Source: Vicinamibacterales bacterium
GTDB taxonomy: Bacteria > Acidobacteriota > Vicinamibacteria > Vicinamibacterales > UBA2999
NCBI GenBank assembly: GCA_030680175.1
Contig: JAUXWO010000113.1
Coordinates: 10,082 to 74,081, forward strand
Direction: 5' to 3'
DNA length: 64,000 nt
The notes under the pieces were generated by a model that saw only the letters and a list, made by a program, of their open reading frames with translations, searched no databases and was not told where the DNA came from. Shown here piece by piece: positions 31,064 to 40,365 of this stretch. Both the position numbers and the translations under genes were made by a program. Within the stretch, counting starts at the first letter, position 1; each line of letters starts with the position of its first letter.

Positions 31064-31546
31064 CTACCTCAGCTCACCTGAGACGACGGCCGTGACGATG
31101 GCGCCGCCGATGAACCCGAGCGGCAGCGCGGCAATCGCGCGGGTGATGTTGCCGGGATCCCAGACCCCGACGAGGGCCGTGGTCCACGTGACGGCGGTCG
31201 GGAGCGCGACGATGGCCAGCACGGCGAGGGGCGTTCGCACGAGCCGCGTCCCGGCCGCCGTTCCCCGTGCCCGCCACCAGGCGAGCATCCCGAGCGCCAG
31301 TCCGGCATAGAGGCCGGCGCAGCGGGCGCAGACCGGCATGCGGACGCCGTTGAGGTGGAGCGACCGGGGGGGGCCCTGATGGCAGACGAGCGCCCCAATG
31401 CCGTACACCGTGACGGCCACCACCGCGGCTGGGGCCCGATCGGTGTGCCGGCTGAGCCCCGGTCCGGCGCCGAGCAAGGCGAGCCAGATCAGCGCGGCCA
31501 GTGTAAGGGCGACGGCCATGGCCTCCCGACGTAATGGACGTTTCAC
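31064..31546 (-). CDS. DUF2085-like membrane protein
   Basis: VCHQGPPRS and PVCARCAGLYAG motifs; start may be ATG 31519. Confidence 0.75.
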   Translation of the reverse strand: MKRPLRREAMAVALTLAALIWLALLGAGPGLSRHTDRAPAAVVAVTVYGIGALVCHQGPPRSLHLNGVRMPVCARCAGLYAGLALGMLAWWRARGTAAGTRLVRTPLAVLAIVALPTAVTWTTALVGVWDPGNITRAIAALPLGFIGGAIVTAVVSGELR

Positions 31547-31557
31547 CCCCCCAGTAT

Positions 31558-31602
31558 GGGGTCAGATCTTGATCGTTGCGCTCAGAATCAAGATCTGACC
31601 CC
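31558..31602. repeat. REP-like palindrome
   Basis: GGGGTCAGATCTTGAT-(13 nt)-ATCAAGATCTGACCCC, a perfect 16-bp stem. Confidence 0.85.
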
Positions 31603-31684
31603 AGGGCAAGTGCCTATTTCACATGTGTTTAGACATCTGGATACAAATCGCGGAACCGTGACGGCTGTCAGTCCGTCAAACGGC

Positions 31685-31707
31685 TATAGTTTATTGAACA
31701 GTGTTCA
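31685..31707 (+). promoter_or_regulatory. Putative -10 box and TetR operator palindrome
   Basis: TATAGT followed by TGAACA-G-TGTTCA about 34 nt upstream of the tetR start. Confidence 0.6.
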
Positions 31708-31740
31708 GCGGGGCCGTCGAGCGCGCTGCCGCAAGGTGCC

Positions 31741-32445
31741 ATGGGAATCAAGGAACGCCAGGATCGCGACCGGCAGGCCGTGCGCGACTCCATCCTGGAC
31801 GCCGCACGCGAGCTCTTCCTCGCCGACGGCTATCGCCACGTCTCGATCCGCAAGATCGCCGAGCGCATCGAATACAGCCCGGCCGCCCTCTACAGCTACT
31901 TCCCGAGCAAGGACGACATCTTCTACGCCCTCGCCGAGGAAGGCTTCCGCCGCCTCGACCAGCATGTGCGCGCCGCCGCCGGCCGCCCCGACCCGCTCGA
32001 TGAGGTGCGCGCCTGCTGGTGGGCCTACTACCGGTTCTCCAAGGAGCATCGCGAGTTCTTCGAGCTGATGTTCGTGGACCGCTCGGTGCCGCAGATCACC
32101 GAGCAGTGGACCGGCCTCGCCTTCGTCCACCAGATGCTGCAGCACGCCTCGTCGCGCATCCAGCGCTGCATCGACGACGGGATCTTCCCGTCCGGGACCA
32201 ACGCCGAAGTCGTCATGCACGTGCTCTGGGCCGCGCTCACGGGCCCGGCCGTGATCGGCAGCGGCTGCCGCCTGGCACCCGGAGAAGACCCGGATGCCCT
32301 CGCGCGCGATGTCCTCGAGGTCACGCTCGCGGGCGTGCGCGCCGGCGTGGCCACGACCTTTGCCCCGTGTACCCCTCCCGCGCCTCTCTCGCCTGTCGCC
32401 CCGGTTTCCGAAGCCTCCGCTGGAGTTCGACGTCATGATGCGTAA
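31741..32445 (+). CDS. TetR/AcrR family transcriptional regulator
   Basis: ILDAARELF...SIRKIAERIEYSPAALYSYFPSKDDI HTH. Confidence 0.93.
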   Translation: MGIKERQDRDRQAVRDSILDAARELFLADGYRHVSIRKIAERIEYSPAALYSYFPSKDDIFYALAEEGFRRLDQHVRAAAGRPDPLDEVRACWWAYYRFSKEHREFFELMFVDRSVPQITEQWTGLAFVHQMLQHASSRIQRCIDDGIFPSGTNAEVVMHVLWAALTGPAVIGSGCRLAPGEDPDALARDVLEVTLAGVRAGVATTFAPCTPPAPLSPVAPVSEASAGVRRHDA

Positions 32446-33571
32446 GCTCGTCCTCGTCCCCACCCTCGTCCTCGCCACCGCGCTCGTTGCAGCCGGCTGC
32501 CGCAGCGAGACCCCGACCGCGGCCGCCGAACCGGACGGCCCGGCACCGGCGCTCGACGTCGCCGCCGTGCGCGCCACGCCGGGCACCATCGAAGCGGCCA
32601 TTGAACTGTCGGGCACGCTCGCCCCGCGCGCCCGCGTCGGCGTGAAGCCGCGCATGCCCGGCACGCTCGACTCGGTCCTGGTCGACCTCGGTGATCACGT
32701 GCGCCTCGGCCAGGTCATCGCCACGATCGACCGGCGCCAGATCGACGCGGAGGTCGATGCCGCCGGCGCCAGCGTGCAGGTCGCGCAGGCGGGCCTCGCC
32801 AGCGCCGAGGCCGCGCTGGCCAACGCCGAAACCGAACAGGCACGCGCCTCGTCGCTGTTCGAGAGCGGCGCGCTCCCCCGCCAGCGCCTCGAGACCGCCG
32901 ACACCGGACTGCGCGCCGCCGTGGCCCAGCGCGATCTCGCGCGCGCGTCGGTCGCACAGGCCGAGGCCGCCGCGCGGCGCGCCCGCGAGATGCAGAAGAA
33001 CGCGACCCTCACGTCCCCGGTGGCCGGCCACATCGTCGCCCGCCACTACGATGCGGGCGCCATGCCAGGCGATCTGCCCGTCGTCGTCGTCGCGGACATG
33101 CGCGAGATGAAGCTCGAGGTCGGCGTCTCCGAGCTCGAGGCCGGACGGCTCCGCCTGGGGCTGCCTGCCGTCGTCACCGTTCAGGCGCGGCCCGGCGAGA
33201 CGTTCACCGGACGCCTGGCCGCCATCGCGCCCGAAGTGGACGAGCGCAACCGCCACTTCCGGATCGAAGTGCGTGTCGACAACCCCGACCAGACGCTCCT
33301 GTCCGGGATGTACGCCACGGTGCGCGTCGTGCTCGACACGGCCCACGAGGTCCTGACGCTCCCCCGCGAGGCCGTCGCCACGCGCGAGGGGCAGTCCGTC
33401 GCCATGCGAATCACCGGCAGCGACGTCGCACCGACGCCCGTCGAAACCGGCCTTGCCGACGGACGCCGCGTGCAGATTCTCTCGGGCCTTGCCGCCGGAG
33501 ATGTGGTGCTCGCCGATGCGCGCCGCCAGCTTCCCGCCGGCGCCCGTGTGAACCCCATCGTCACGCCGTAA
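32435..33571 (+). CDS. RND efflux membrane fusion (adaptor) lipoprotein
   Basis: LVAAGC lipobox, lipoyl-like halves around a coiled coil, LLSGMYA; start ATG 32435. Confidence 0.9.
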   Translation: MMRKLVLVPTLVLATALVAAGCRSETPTAAAEPDGPAPALDVAAVRATPGTIEAAIELSGTLAPRARVGVKPRMPGTLDSVLVDLGDHVRLGQVIATIDRRQIDAEVDAAGASVQVAQAGLASAEAALANAETEQARASSLFESGALPRQRLETADTGLRAAVAQRDLARASVAQAEAAARRAREMQKNATLTSPVAGHIVARHYDAGAMPGDLPVVVVADMREMKLEVGVSELEAGRLRLGLPAVVTVQARPGETFTGRLAAIAPEVDERNRHFRIEVRVDNPDQTLLSGMYATVRVVLDTAHEVLTLPREAVATREGQSVAMRITGSDVAPTPVETGLADGRRVQILSGLAAGDVVLADARRQLPAGARVNPIVTP

Positions 33572-33576
33572 GTGCG

Positions 33577-33711
33577 CCGTTCGCTCTTCGCCGTTCGCTC
33601 TTCGCCCTTCGCGATTCGCTCTTCGCTGAGACGGCCGAGCTGAGCGAGACGGGCGACGAGAGACTGGCGAATAGCAACAGCGAATAGCGAATAGCGAACA
33701 GCGAATAGCGA
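33577..33711. repeat. Inverted heptamer arrays (TTCGCTC)n ... (GCGAATA)n
   Basis: Fills the MFP-RND spacer and ends 2 nt before the RND ATG. Confidence 0.9.
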
Positions 33712-33713
33712 TC

Positions 33714-36700
33714 ATGTGGATTTCCAACACCTCCATTCAGCGCCCGGTCTTCGCGACGATGGTCATCATGAGCTTCATGGTGCTCGGCATCGTCTCGATG
33801 GGACGCCTGGGCATCGACCTGTTCCCCGAGGTCAACTTCCCGTTCGTCAACGTCACCGTCGTCTACCCGGGCGCGGCGCCTGAAGAGGTCGAGACGCTGG
33901 TGACGCGGCCGATCGAGGACGCGGTCGCCGGCATTGCCGGGGTGAAGCGCGTGATCTCGACGTCGACCGAAGGCGTCTCGCGCGTCGGGATCGAACTGCG
34001 CCTCGAGGTGGACGCGCAGGCGGCCACCGCCGAGGTGCGCGAGAAGGTGGCCGCCGTCCGCGGACGGCTCCCCCGCGAAATCGAGGATCCGACCATCGCG
34101 CGGTTCGACGTGGCGGCGCTGCCGATCATGATCTACGCCGTGGGCTCGACGCAGCCGTCGGACGTGACGCGGCGGCAGATCGAGGACGACCTGAAGCCGC
34201 TGATTGAGCAGATCGACGGCGTGGCGGCGATCGAGGTGAACGGCGGCCAGGTCCGCGAGATCCAGGTGGATCTCGACCCGCGCCGGCTCGAGGCCCTCCA
34301 ACTCCCCCTGGCCACGGTGGCCCAGGCGCTGGCCGCCTCGAACCTCGACGTCCCCGGCGGCCAGGTCAAGCGCGACGGCCGCAGCATCGCGCTGCGGACG
34401 AAGGGCGAGTTCCAGTCGGTCGACGAGATCGAGTCCCTCATCCTGCGCTCGACGGGCGGGTCCCCCGTGCGGCTGCGCGACGTGGGCCGGGTCGTGGACG
34501 GCTTCGAGGATCAGACCTCGACGACGCGGCTCGACGGCGCGGACGCGGTGTCGTTTTCGGTGCGCAAGCAGTCGGGGTCGAACACGGCGGCCATCGCGGA
34601 CAGCGTAGAGGCGGCCCTCCTGCGTTTGGCGCCGGACTTCCCGCAGCTCGACATCCGCCCCGTGCACAACGACGCGGACTTCATCAAGGAGAACGTCCGC
34701 GAGGTCCGCAACCACATCCTCTTCGGCGGCGTGATGGCGGTCCTCATCGTCTTCGTCTTCATGCGCGACTGGCGCTCGACGCTCATCACGTCGCTCGCCC
34801 TACCCACGTCGGTGGTAGCCACGTTCTTCTTCATGTACATCGCGGGCTTCACCTTCAACATGATGACGTTGATGGCGCTCTCGCTCGTCATCGGCATCCT
34901 GATTGACGATGCGGTGGTGGTGCGGGAGAACATCTACCGCCACATGGAGATGGGCAAGGACCCGGTGACGGCCGCGCGGGACGGCACATCGGAGATCGGC
35001 CTCGCCGTGATGGCCACGACCTTCACCATCCTCGCGGTGTTCCTCCCCGTCGGATTCATGACGGGGATCGTCGGCCAGTTCTTCAAGTCGTTCGCGCTGA
35101 CGATCGCCTTCGCCGTCGCGATGTCGCTGCTCGTGGCGTTCACGCTCGACCCGATGCTGTCGTCGCGCTTCGTCCGGTTCATCCCGCACGAGGAGCGGAT
35201 CCGGACGCGCACGGGCCGGATGCTCGAGCGCTGGGGCGATTTCTACGACGGGATCGACCGCAAGTACCACGCCGTGCTGGGGTGGGCGCTCGCCCGCCCG
35301 TGGACGATCCTCGGCGTCGCCACGGCCGTGTTCCTCTCGAGCCTCTCCACGCTCGCGATCATGGGCACCGAGTTCACGCCCGCCGAGGATCGCGGCCAGT
35401 ACGAAGTGCTGGTCGAGATGCCGCCCGGCACGTCGTTCGAGCAGAGCGTGACGCAGATGGCGGAAGTCGAGCGGCAGATCCAGGGCATTCCCGAAGTCCG
35501 GCAGCTCTTCTCGACCGTCGGCGTCAACGGCGACCCGCTGCAGGGCCGCGTCCAGGTCAAGACCATCCACAAGCTCGAGCGCGAGCGCGGGCTGCTCGCG
35601 ATCAAGGACGACACGCGGAAGCGGCTGGCCACGCTGCCGCTCGTGAAGACCACGGTGGCGGATCCGGAGTTCATGCAGGGCGCGCCGAACGAGGCCCCGA
35701 TCAACGTATTCGTCCGCGGGAGCGACATGGACACGCTCCAGCGGCTCAGCGACGAGATCGTGACCAAGGTGCAGCGTATCCCCGGCACGGTCGACGTGAA
35801 CAGCTCGCTCGAGAGCGGCCAGCCCGAGATGGTGGCGCGCGTCAACCGCGCCCTGGCGGCGGACCTCGGCTTCGACGTCGGCACCATCGCGCTGCAGCTG
35901 CGCAGCATGGTCGAAGGCGTCGTGCCGACGAAGCTCCGCGAGGGGGACAAGGAGTACGACATCCGCGTGCGGCTCGCGCCCGAGTTCCGGAACGACTTCG
36001 ATGTCCTCGCGCGCGCGCCGCTCTACTCGCCGACCGGCGCGCTGGTGCGCACCAGCGAGGTGGTCACCCTCGAGCCCGACCTCGGGCCGACCAACATCGA
36101 GCGCGAGGGGCGCCGCCGGCAGGCCAAGATCGGGATCGAGCTGGACGGGCGGCCGCTCGGCGACGTCACGAACGACGTGGCCGCGGTGATGGCCACCATC
36201 GACATGCCCCCCAACGTGGAGTGGGGCTTCGCCGGCGATGTCGAGCTGATGCAGGAGTCGGCGGCGGCGATGGGTTTGGCGATCATCCTCGCGATCGCGT
36301 TCATCTACATCGTGCTGGCGTCGCAGTTCGAGTCGTTCACCGAGCCGTTCATCATCATGCTCGCCCTGCCGCTCGCCGTCGTCGGGGCGCTGCTCGGGCT
36401 CCTCCTGACGGGCAACAACCTCGGCATGCCGGCCATGATCGGCATCGTCATGCTCATGGGGCTGGTGACGAAGAACGCCATCCTGCTCGTGGACATGACG
36501 AACCAGTACGTCCGCGAGGGGCACTCCGTCCCGGAGGCGCTGCTGCGCGCCGGTCCGGTCCGGCTGCGGCCCATCCTGATGACGACGATGGCGATGATCC
36601 TCGGCATGCTGCCTTCGGCCATGGGCCGGGGCGATGGGTCCGAGTTCCGCTCGCCGATCTCGATCGCCACCATCGGCGGGCTGATCACCTCCACGCTGCT

Positions 36701-38195
36701 CACGCTGGTCGTGATCCCCGTGTCGTACCTGCTGCTGTCGCGCTTCCTGGCGCGCCTCAAGGCGTGGCGCGCGTCGCCGGATGCGCGGCTGCACCCCGCC
36801 GTCCGCATCGCGGGGCTGCTGATCCTCGTCGGTCTCGTGGGCTGGTTCGCGACGGCCGCCTCGGCGTTCGGGCAGACGGTGGCCCCCTCGTCGCTCACGC
36901 GGGGGGCCGCTCCGGGCCTCGCGGCCCTCGGGGCCGCCGGCCAGGACGCGCCCCTGGTGCTGACGTTCGACGATGCGCTGGCACGTGCGATGACGAGCAA
37001 CCAGGCCCTCAAGGTCACCGAGGAGGAGGTGCGCGTCGGACAGGCGCGGGTCTCCGAGGCGCGCACGGCCTTCCTGCCGAGCGTGGACCTCACCTTCCTG
37101 TACACCCCGACGCAGCGCTTTCCGTTGATCCAGATTCCCGCGGGCGTCTTCGGTCCGGAGCCGCAGACGTTCGAGGCGGGGTTCACCCGCGAGCACCTGA
37201 TGCAGCTGGACGTCAGCCAGCCCCTCTACACGGGCGGGCGGATCGCCAGCGCGTACGGCATCCAGGCGGCGGCGTTCGACGCCTCACGGCTGGGGCTGGC
37301 GCGCACGCGGCAGGCGCTCCACCTGCAGGTGGTGCAGACCTTCTACGCCGTGCTGATGCACGAACAGGGACAACGGGTCGCGGCGGAGGCGATCACGCTT
37401 GCCGAACGCCAGCTCGAGCTCGCGCGGGTCCGCTTCGACGCGGGCTCCGTCGCGCGGCTCGACGTGCTCCGGGCGGAGGTGGACCTGGCCAACGCGCGCG
37501 CGCGGCGGATCCAGGCCCGCGCCGCGGTCGAGACCGCGCATCAGGCCCTCCGTTCGCTGCTGGCGCTGCCGCAGTCGCAGCCGATCCAGTTGAGCGGCAC
37601 CCTCGACGAGCCTCTGGCGCCCTTGACCCGCGAGGCGCTCACCGCGGCATTGCCGGCCCGCCCCGACCTCCGCGCCTTCGGGGCGCAGCGCGAGATGGCC
37701 GACCACGCCGTCTCGCTGGCCAACGCGCAGTGGAAGCCCAGCCTGGCACTGACGGGGAACCTCATGTATCAGGATGACGGCCTGTCGAACCTCTGGACGT
37801 CGAACAACCAGAGCTACACGCTCGGCGTGGCCCTCCGCGTGCCGCTCTTCGCGGCCCCCAGAGCCGCGGCGCAGCGGACGGTGGCGCTGGCCCAGCGGCG
37901 TCAGGCCGGCCACGGCCTCGAGGCCGCGCTCGACGCCGGGCACCTGGAGATCGCCTCGGCGTGGACCGATCTGGAGGCGCTGGCCGAAGTGGTCGTGATG
38001 CAGGAGAAGGCGCTGGAGCTGGCGCGCGAGAGCGTCTCGATTGCGCAGGTCTCCTACGAGAACGGCGTCATCACGTCGGCGGAGCTCACCGACGCCCAGG
38101 TCGCGCTCCTCCAGACCGAGTCGCTCCTCATGCAGGCCAAGTACCACCGCATCGTCGCCGCGGCCCGCGCGCGCTTTGCGGCCGGCATTGAGTAA
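33714..38195 (+). CDS. AcrB-family RND permease fused to a TolC-family outer membrane factor
   Basis: RND motifs RPVFATM, GILIDDAVVVRENI, KNAILLVD, RLRPILMTT (first ~1020 aa), then an OEP-like region (LTFDDALARAM, LPSVDL, ARVRFDAG, YENGVITSAELTDAQ). Confidence 0.9.
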   Translation: MWISNTSIQRPVFATMVIMSFMVLGIVSMGRLGIDLFPEVNFPFVNVTVVYPGAAPEEVETLVTRPIEDAVAGIAGVKRVISTSTEGVSRVGIELRLEVDAQAATAEVREKVAAVRGRLPREIEDPTIARFDVAALPIMIYAVGSTQPSDVTRRQIEDDLKPLIEQIDGVAAIEVNGGQVREIQVDLDPRRLEALQLPLATVAQALAASNLDVPGGQVKRDGRSIALRTKGEFQSVDEIESLILRSTGGSPVRLRDVGRVVDGFEDQTSTTRLDGADAVSFSVRKQSGSNTAAIADSVEAALLRLAPDFPQLDIRPVHNDADFIKENVREVRNHILFGGVMAVLIVFVFMRDWRSTLITSLALPTSVVATFFFMYIAGFTFNMMTLMALSLVIGILIDDAVVVRENIYRHMEMGKDPVTAARDGTSEIGLAVMATTFTILAVFLPVGFMTGIVGQFFKSFALTIAFAVAMSLLVAFTLDPMLSSRFVRFIPHEERIRTRTGRMLERWGDFYDGIDRKYHAVLGWALARPWTILGVATAVFLSSLSTLAIMGTEFTPAEDRGQYEVLVEMPPGTSFEQSVTQMAEVERQIQGIPEVRQLFSTVGVNGDPLQGRVQVKTIHKLERERGLLAIKDDTRKRLATLPLVKTTVADPEFMQGAPNEAPINVFVRGSDMDTLQRLSDEIVTKVQRIPGTVDVNSSLESGQPEMVARVNRALAADLGFDVGTIALQLRSMVEGVVPTKLREGDKEYDIRVRLAPEFRNDFDVLARAPLYSPTGALVRTSEVVTLEPDLGPTNIEREGRRRQAKIGIELDGRPLGDVTNDVAAVMATIDMPPNVEWGFAGDVELMQESAAAMGLAIILAIAFIYIVLASQFESFTEPFIIMLALPLAVVGALLGLLLTGNNLGMPAMIGIVMLMGLVTKNAILLVDMTNQYVREGHSVPEALLRAGPVRLRPILMTTMAMILGMLPSAMGRGDGSEFRSPISIATIGGLITSTLLTLVVIPVSYLLLSRFLARLKAWRASPDARLHPAVRIAGLLILVGLVGWFATAASAFGQTVAPSSLTRGAAPGLAALGAAGQDAPLVLTFDDALARAMTSNQALKVTEEEVRVGQARVSEARTAFLPSVDLTFLYTPTQRFPLIQIPAGVFGPEPQTFEAGFTREHLMQLDVSQPLYTGGRIASAYGIQAAAFDASRLGLARTRQALHLQVVQTFYAVLMHEQGQRVAAEAITLAERQLELARVRFDAGSVARLDVLRAEVDLANARARRIQARAAVETAHQALRSLLALPQSQPIQLSGTLDEPLAPLTREALTAALPARPDLRAFGAQREMADHAVSLANAQWKPSLALTGNLMYQDDGLSNLWTSNNQSYTLGVALRVPLFAAPRAAAQRTVALAQRRQAGHGLEAALDAGHLEIASAWTDLEALAEVVVMQEKALELARESVSIAQVSYENGVITSAELTDAQVALLQTESLLMQAKYHRIVAAARARFAAGIE

Positions 38196-38199
38196 AAGA

Positions 38200-38392
38200 C
38201 GTACAAAACACGAAGGACACGAAGGCCACGAAGACATTCATTCGGGGAACCCAGCCGCTCCGCTGGGATCCCAAGAATGCCTTCGTGGCCTTCCCGCCTC
38301 CGCTCTCCGCAGTATCAGGCGAGCTTCGGCGAGGTCACGCCGTAGCGGCCTCCGGCCGCGGAGGCGGACGTGTTCTTCGTGTTTGTCCGTGA
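38200..38392. repeat. CACGAAGG-array hairpin element, copy 2, with nested insertion
   Basis: cgtacaaaacacgaaggacacgaaggccacgaagac ... cttcgtggccttc[76-nt insert]gtgttcttcgtgtttgtccgt. Confidence 0.85.
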
Positions 38393-38405
38393 TCTCTGGA
38401 TGTCG

Positions 38406-39356
38406 TCAGCCGAGGGGGCCGAAGTGCTTTTCGTAGCGGGCGGCGAACTCGGGCCAGGTGTAGGCGTGGCTCGTGCCGCCGAGGTGTTCGAGGGCGTAGG
38501 TGGCCGCCACGCTGCCCATGCGCGCGCAGACGTCGTAGGGGCGGCCGCCCGCCATGCCCTTCATGAAGCCCCCGCGGAACGCGTCCCCGACGCCGGTGGG
38601 ATCGACAATCCGGTGCGGCGTCACCGCCGGGATCTCCGTCCGTGAATCCCGGGTGTGCACGACGGACCCGTTCTCCCCGCGCGTGATCACCAGCGCTTCC
38701 GCCTCCATGAGGATCTCGGGCTCCCGCATCCCCGTCTTCTGCCCGAGCAGCTCGAACTCGTAGTCGTTGACGATGACCATCGTGGCCCCGGTGATGCCGT
38801 CGGTCAGCTGATCGCCGGTCATGCGGGCGCACTGCTGGCCGGGATCCCAGATGTACTTGATGCCGATGGCGTTGCACTCCTCGGCGTACTGCACCATCGC
38901 GTCGGGGTCGTTCGGCGACACGATCACCAGCCCGTTCTCCTTGAGCCCGGCCACCGTCCGGAACGACAGCTCCCCGGCGTTCGCCATGGCGCCGGTGTAG
39001 AAGGACGCGATCTGGTTGTTGTGCTCGTCCGTGCTGCAGAAGAACGACGCGGTGAACTTGTCGTCCACCACCTTCACCAGCGACGTGTCCACGCCGGCGG
39101 CTTCGAGCCACGCGCGGTAGTCGCCGAAGTCCTGCCCCGCCGTCGCCATCACGCCCGGACGCTCGCCGAGCAGCGCGAGCGTGTACGCGATGTTCGGCGC
39201 ACACCCCCCGCGCCGCTTGTCCATCGAATCGACAAGGAAGCTGAGGCTTACCCGGTTCATGTGCTCCGGCAGGAAGTGCTCGGTGAACTTCCCGGGAAAC
39301 GACATCAGGTAGTCAAAGGCAATGGATCCGGTGACGACGATCTTGGTGTTGGGCAT
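38406..39356 (-). CDS. PfkB family carbohydrate kinase, probable adenosine kinase
   Basis: GSIAFDYLM, GGCAPNIAY, DPGQQ, DPTGVGDAFRGG; next to mtnP. Confidence 0.88.
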   Translation of the reverse strand: MPNTKIVVTGSIAFDYLMSFPGKFTEHFLPEHMNRVSLSFLVDSMDKRRGGCAPNIAYTLALLGERPGVMATAGQDFGDYRAWLEAAGVDTSLVKVVDDKFTASFFCSTDEHNNQIASFYTGAMANAGELSFRTVAGLKENGLVIVSPNDPDAMVQYAEECNAIGIKYIWDPGQQCARMTGDQLTDGITGATMVIVNDYEFELLGQKTGMREPEILMEAEALVITRGENGSVVHTRDSRTEIPAVTPHRIVDPTGVGDAFRGGFMKGMAGGRPYDVCARMGSVAATYALEHLGGTSHAYTWPEFAARYEKHFGPLG

Positions 39357-39358
39357 GG

Positions 39359-39459
39359 TTCGCTGTTCGCTGTCGCAATTCGCTGTTCGTAATTCGCTCT
39401 TCGCTGTTCGCAGAGTGCAAGACGCCAGAAGCCGAGCGCTGGACGCCGAGAGCCGAGAG
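39359..39459. repeat. Heptamer arrays (TTCGCTG)n and (GCCGAGA)n-like
   Basis: ttcgctgttcgctgtcgcaattcgctgttcgtaattcgctcttcgctgttcg ... gccgagagccgagag. Confidence 0.85.
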
Positions 39460-40320
39460 CTACGTGATGTACTTCCCGATGATCGGCGCGAGGTCGCGCT
39501 TCGTCTGCTCGCTGATCACGTCCGGGCGCGTGATGATGGCCGTGGCCAGCGCGCTGTGCGCGTCCACCCGGATCGACGGGTCCAGCCGCTCCACCACGTC
39601 GGCGATGACGTGCTGGGCGGTCTTCGCATTCTGCACCAGGTTGCCGATGATCATCTCCACCGTCACATGGTCGTGGTCCGGGTGCCAGCAGTCGTAGTCC
39701 GTGACGAACGCCATCGTCGCGTAGGCGATCTCGGCCTCGCGCGCCAGCTTCGCCTCCTGCAGGTTCGTCATGCCGATCACGTCGGCGCCCCACGACCGGT
39801 ACAGGTTCGACTCGGCCAGCGTGGAGAACTGCGGCCCTTCCATGCACACGTAGGTCCCGCCGCGATGCACCCGCGCGCCGTGGGCGTCCGCACAGGCGGC
39901 GGCGAGCTTCGCCAGCTCCGCGCAGATGGGCTTGGCGAACCCGACGTGCGCGACGATGCCCTGGCCGAAGAAGGTGGCGGAGCGATCGAACGTGCGGTCG
40001 ATGAACTGATCGGGAAAGACGATGTCGAGGGGCCGGTACTCCTCCTTGAGGCTGCCGACCGCGCTGGCCGACAGGATCCAGTCCGCTCCGAGCTGCTTGA
40101 AGCCGAAGATATTGGCGCGGAAGTTGAGCTCCGACGGCAGCAGCCGGTGGCCATCGCCATGCCGCGCCAGGAAGGCGACGCGCTTCCCGCGCAGCGTCCC
40201 GATGACGTACGGGCCGGAGGGATCGCCGAACGGCGTCGTCACATGCCGCTGCTCGGTGTCCGACAGCTCCGCCATGTCGTACAACCCGCTGCCGCCGATG
40301 ATGCCAATCTGGACTGACAT
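39460..40320 (-). CDS. mtnP: S-methyl-5'-thioadenosine phosphorylase
   Basis: [46 protein letters not shown]. Confidence 0.94.
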   Translation of the reverse strand: MSVQIGIIGGSGLYDMAELSDTEQRHVTTPFGDPSGPYVIGTLRGKRVAFLARHGDGHRLLPSELNFRANIFGFKQLGADWILSASAVGSLKEEYRPLDIVFPDQFIDRTFDRSATFFGQGIVAHVGFAKPICAELAKLAAACADAHGARVHRGGTYVCMEGPQFSTLAESNLYRSWGADVIGMTNLQEAKLAREAEIAYATMAFVTDYDCWHPDHDHVTVEMIIGNLVQNAKTAQHVIADVVERLDPSIRVDAHSALATAIITRPDVISEQTKRDLAPIIGKYIT

Positions 40321-40329
40321 GGAGGGTCC

Positions 40330-40365
40330 TTCGCTATTCGCTATTCGCCAATTCGCTGTTCGCAG
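40330..40365. repeat. Heptamer array (TTCGCTA)n
   Basis: ttcgctattcgctattcgccaattcgctgttcgcag. Confidence 0.8.
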
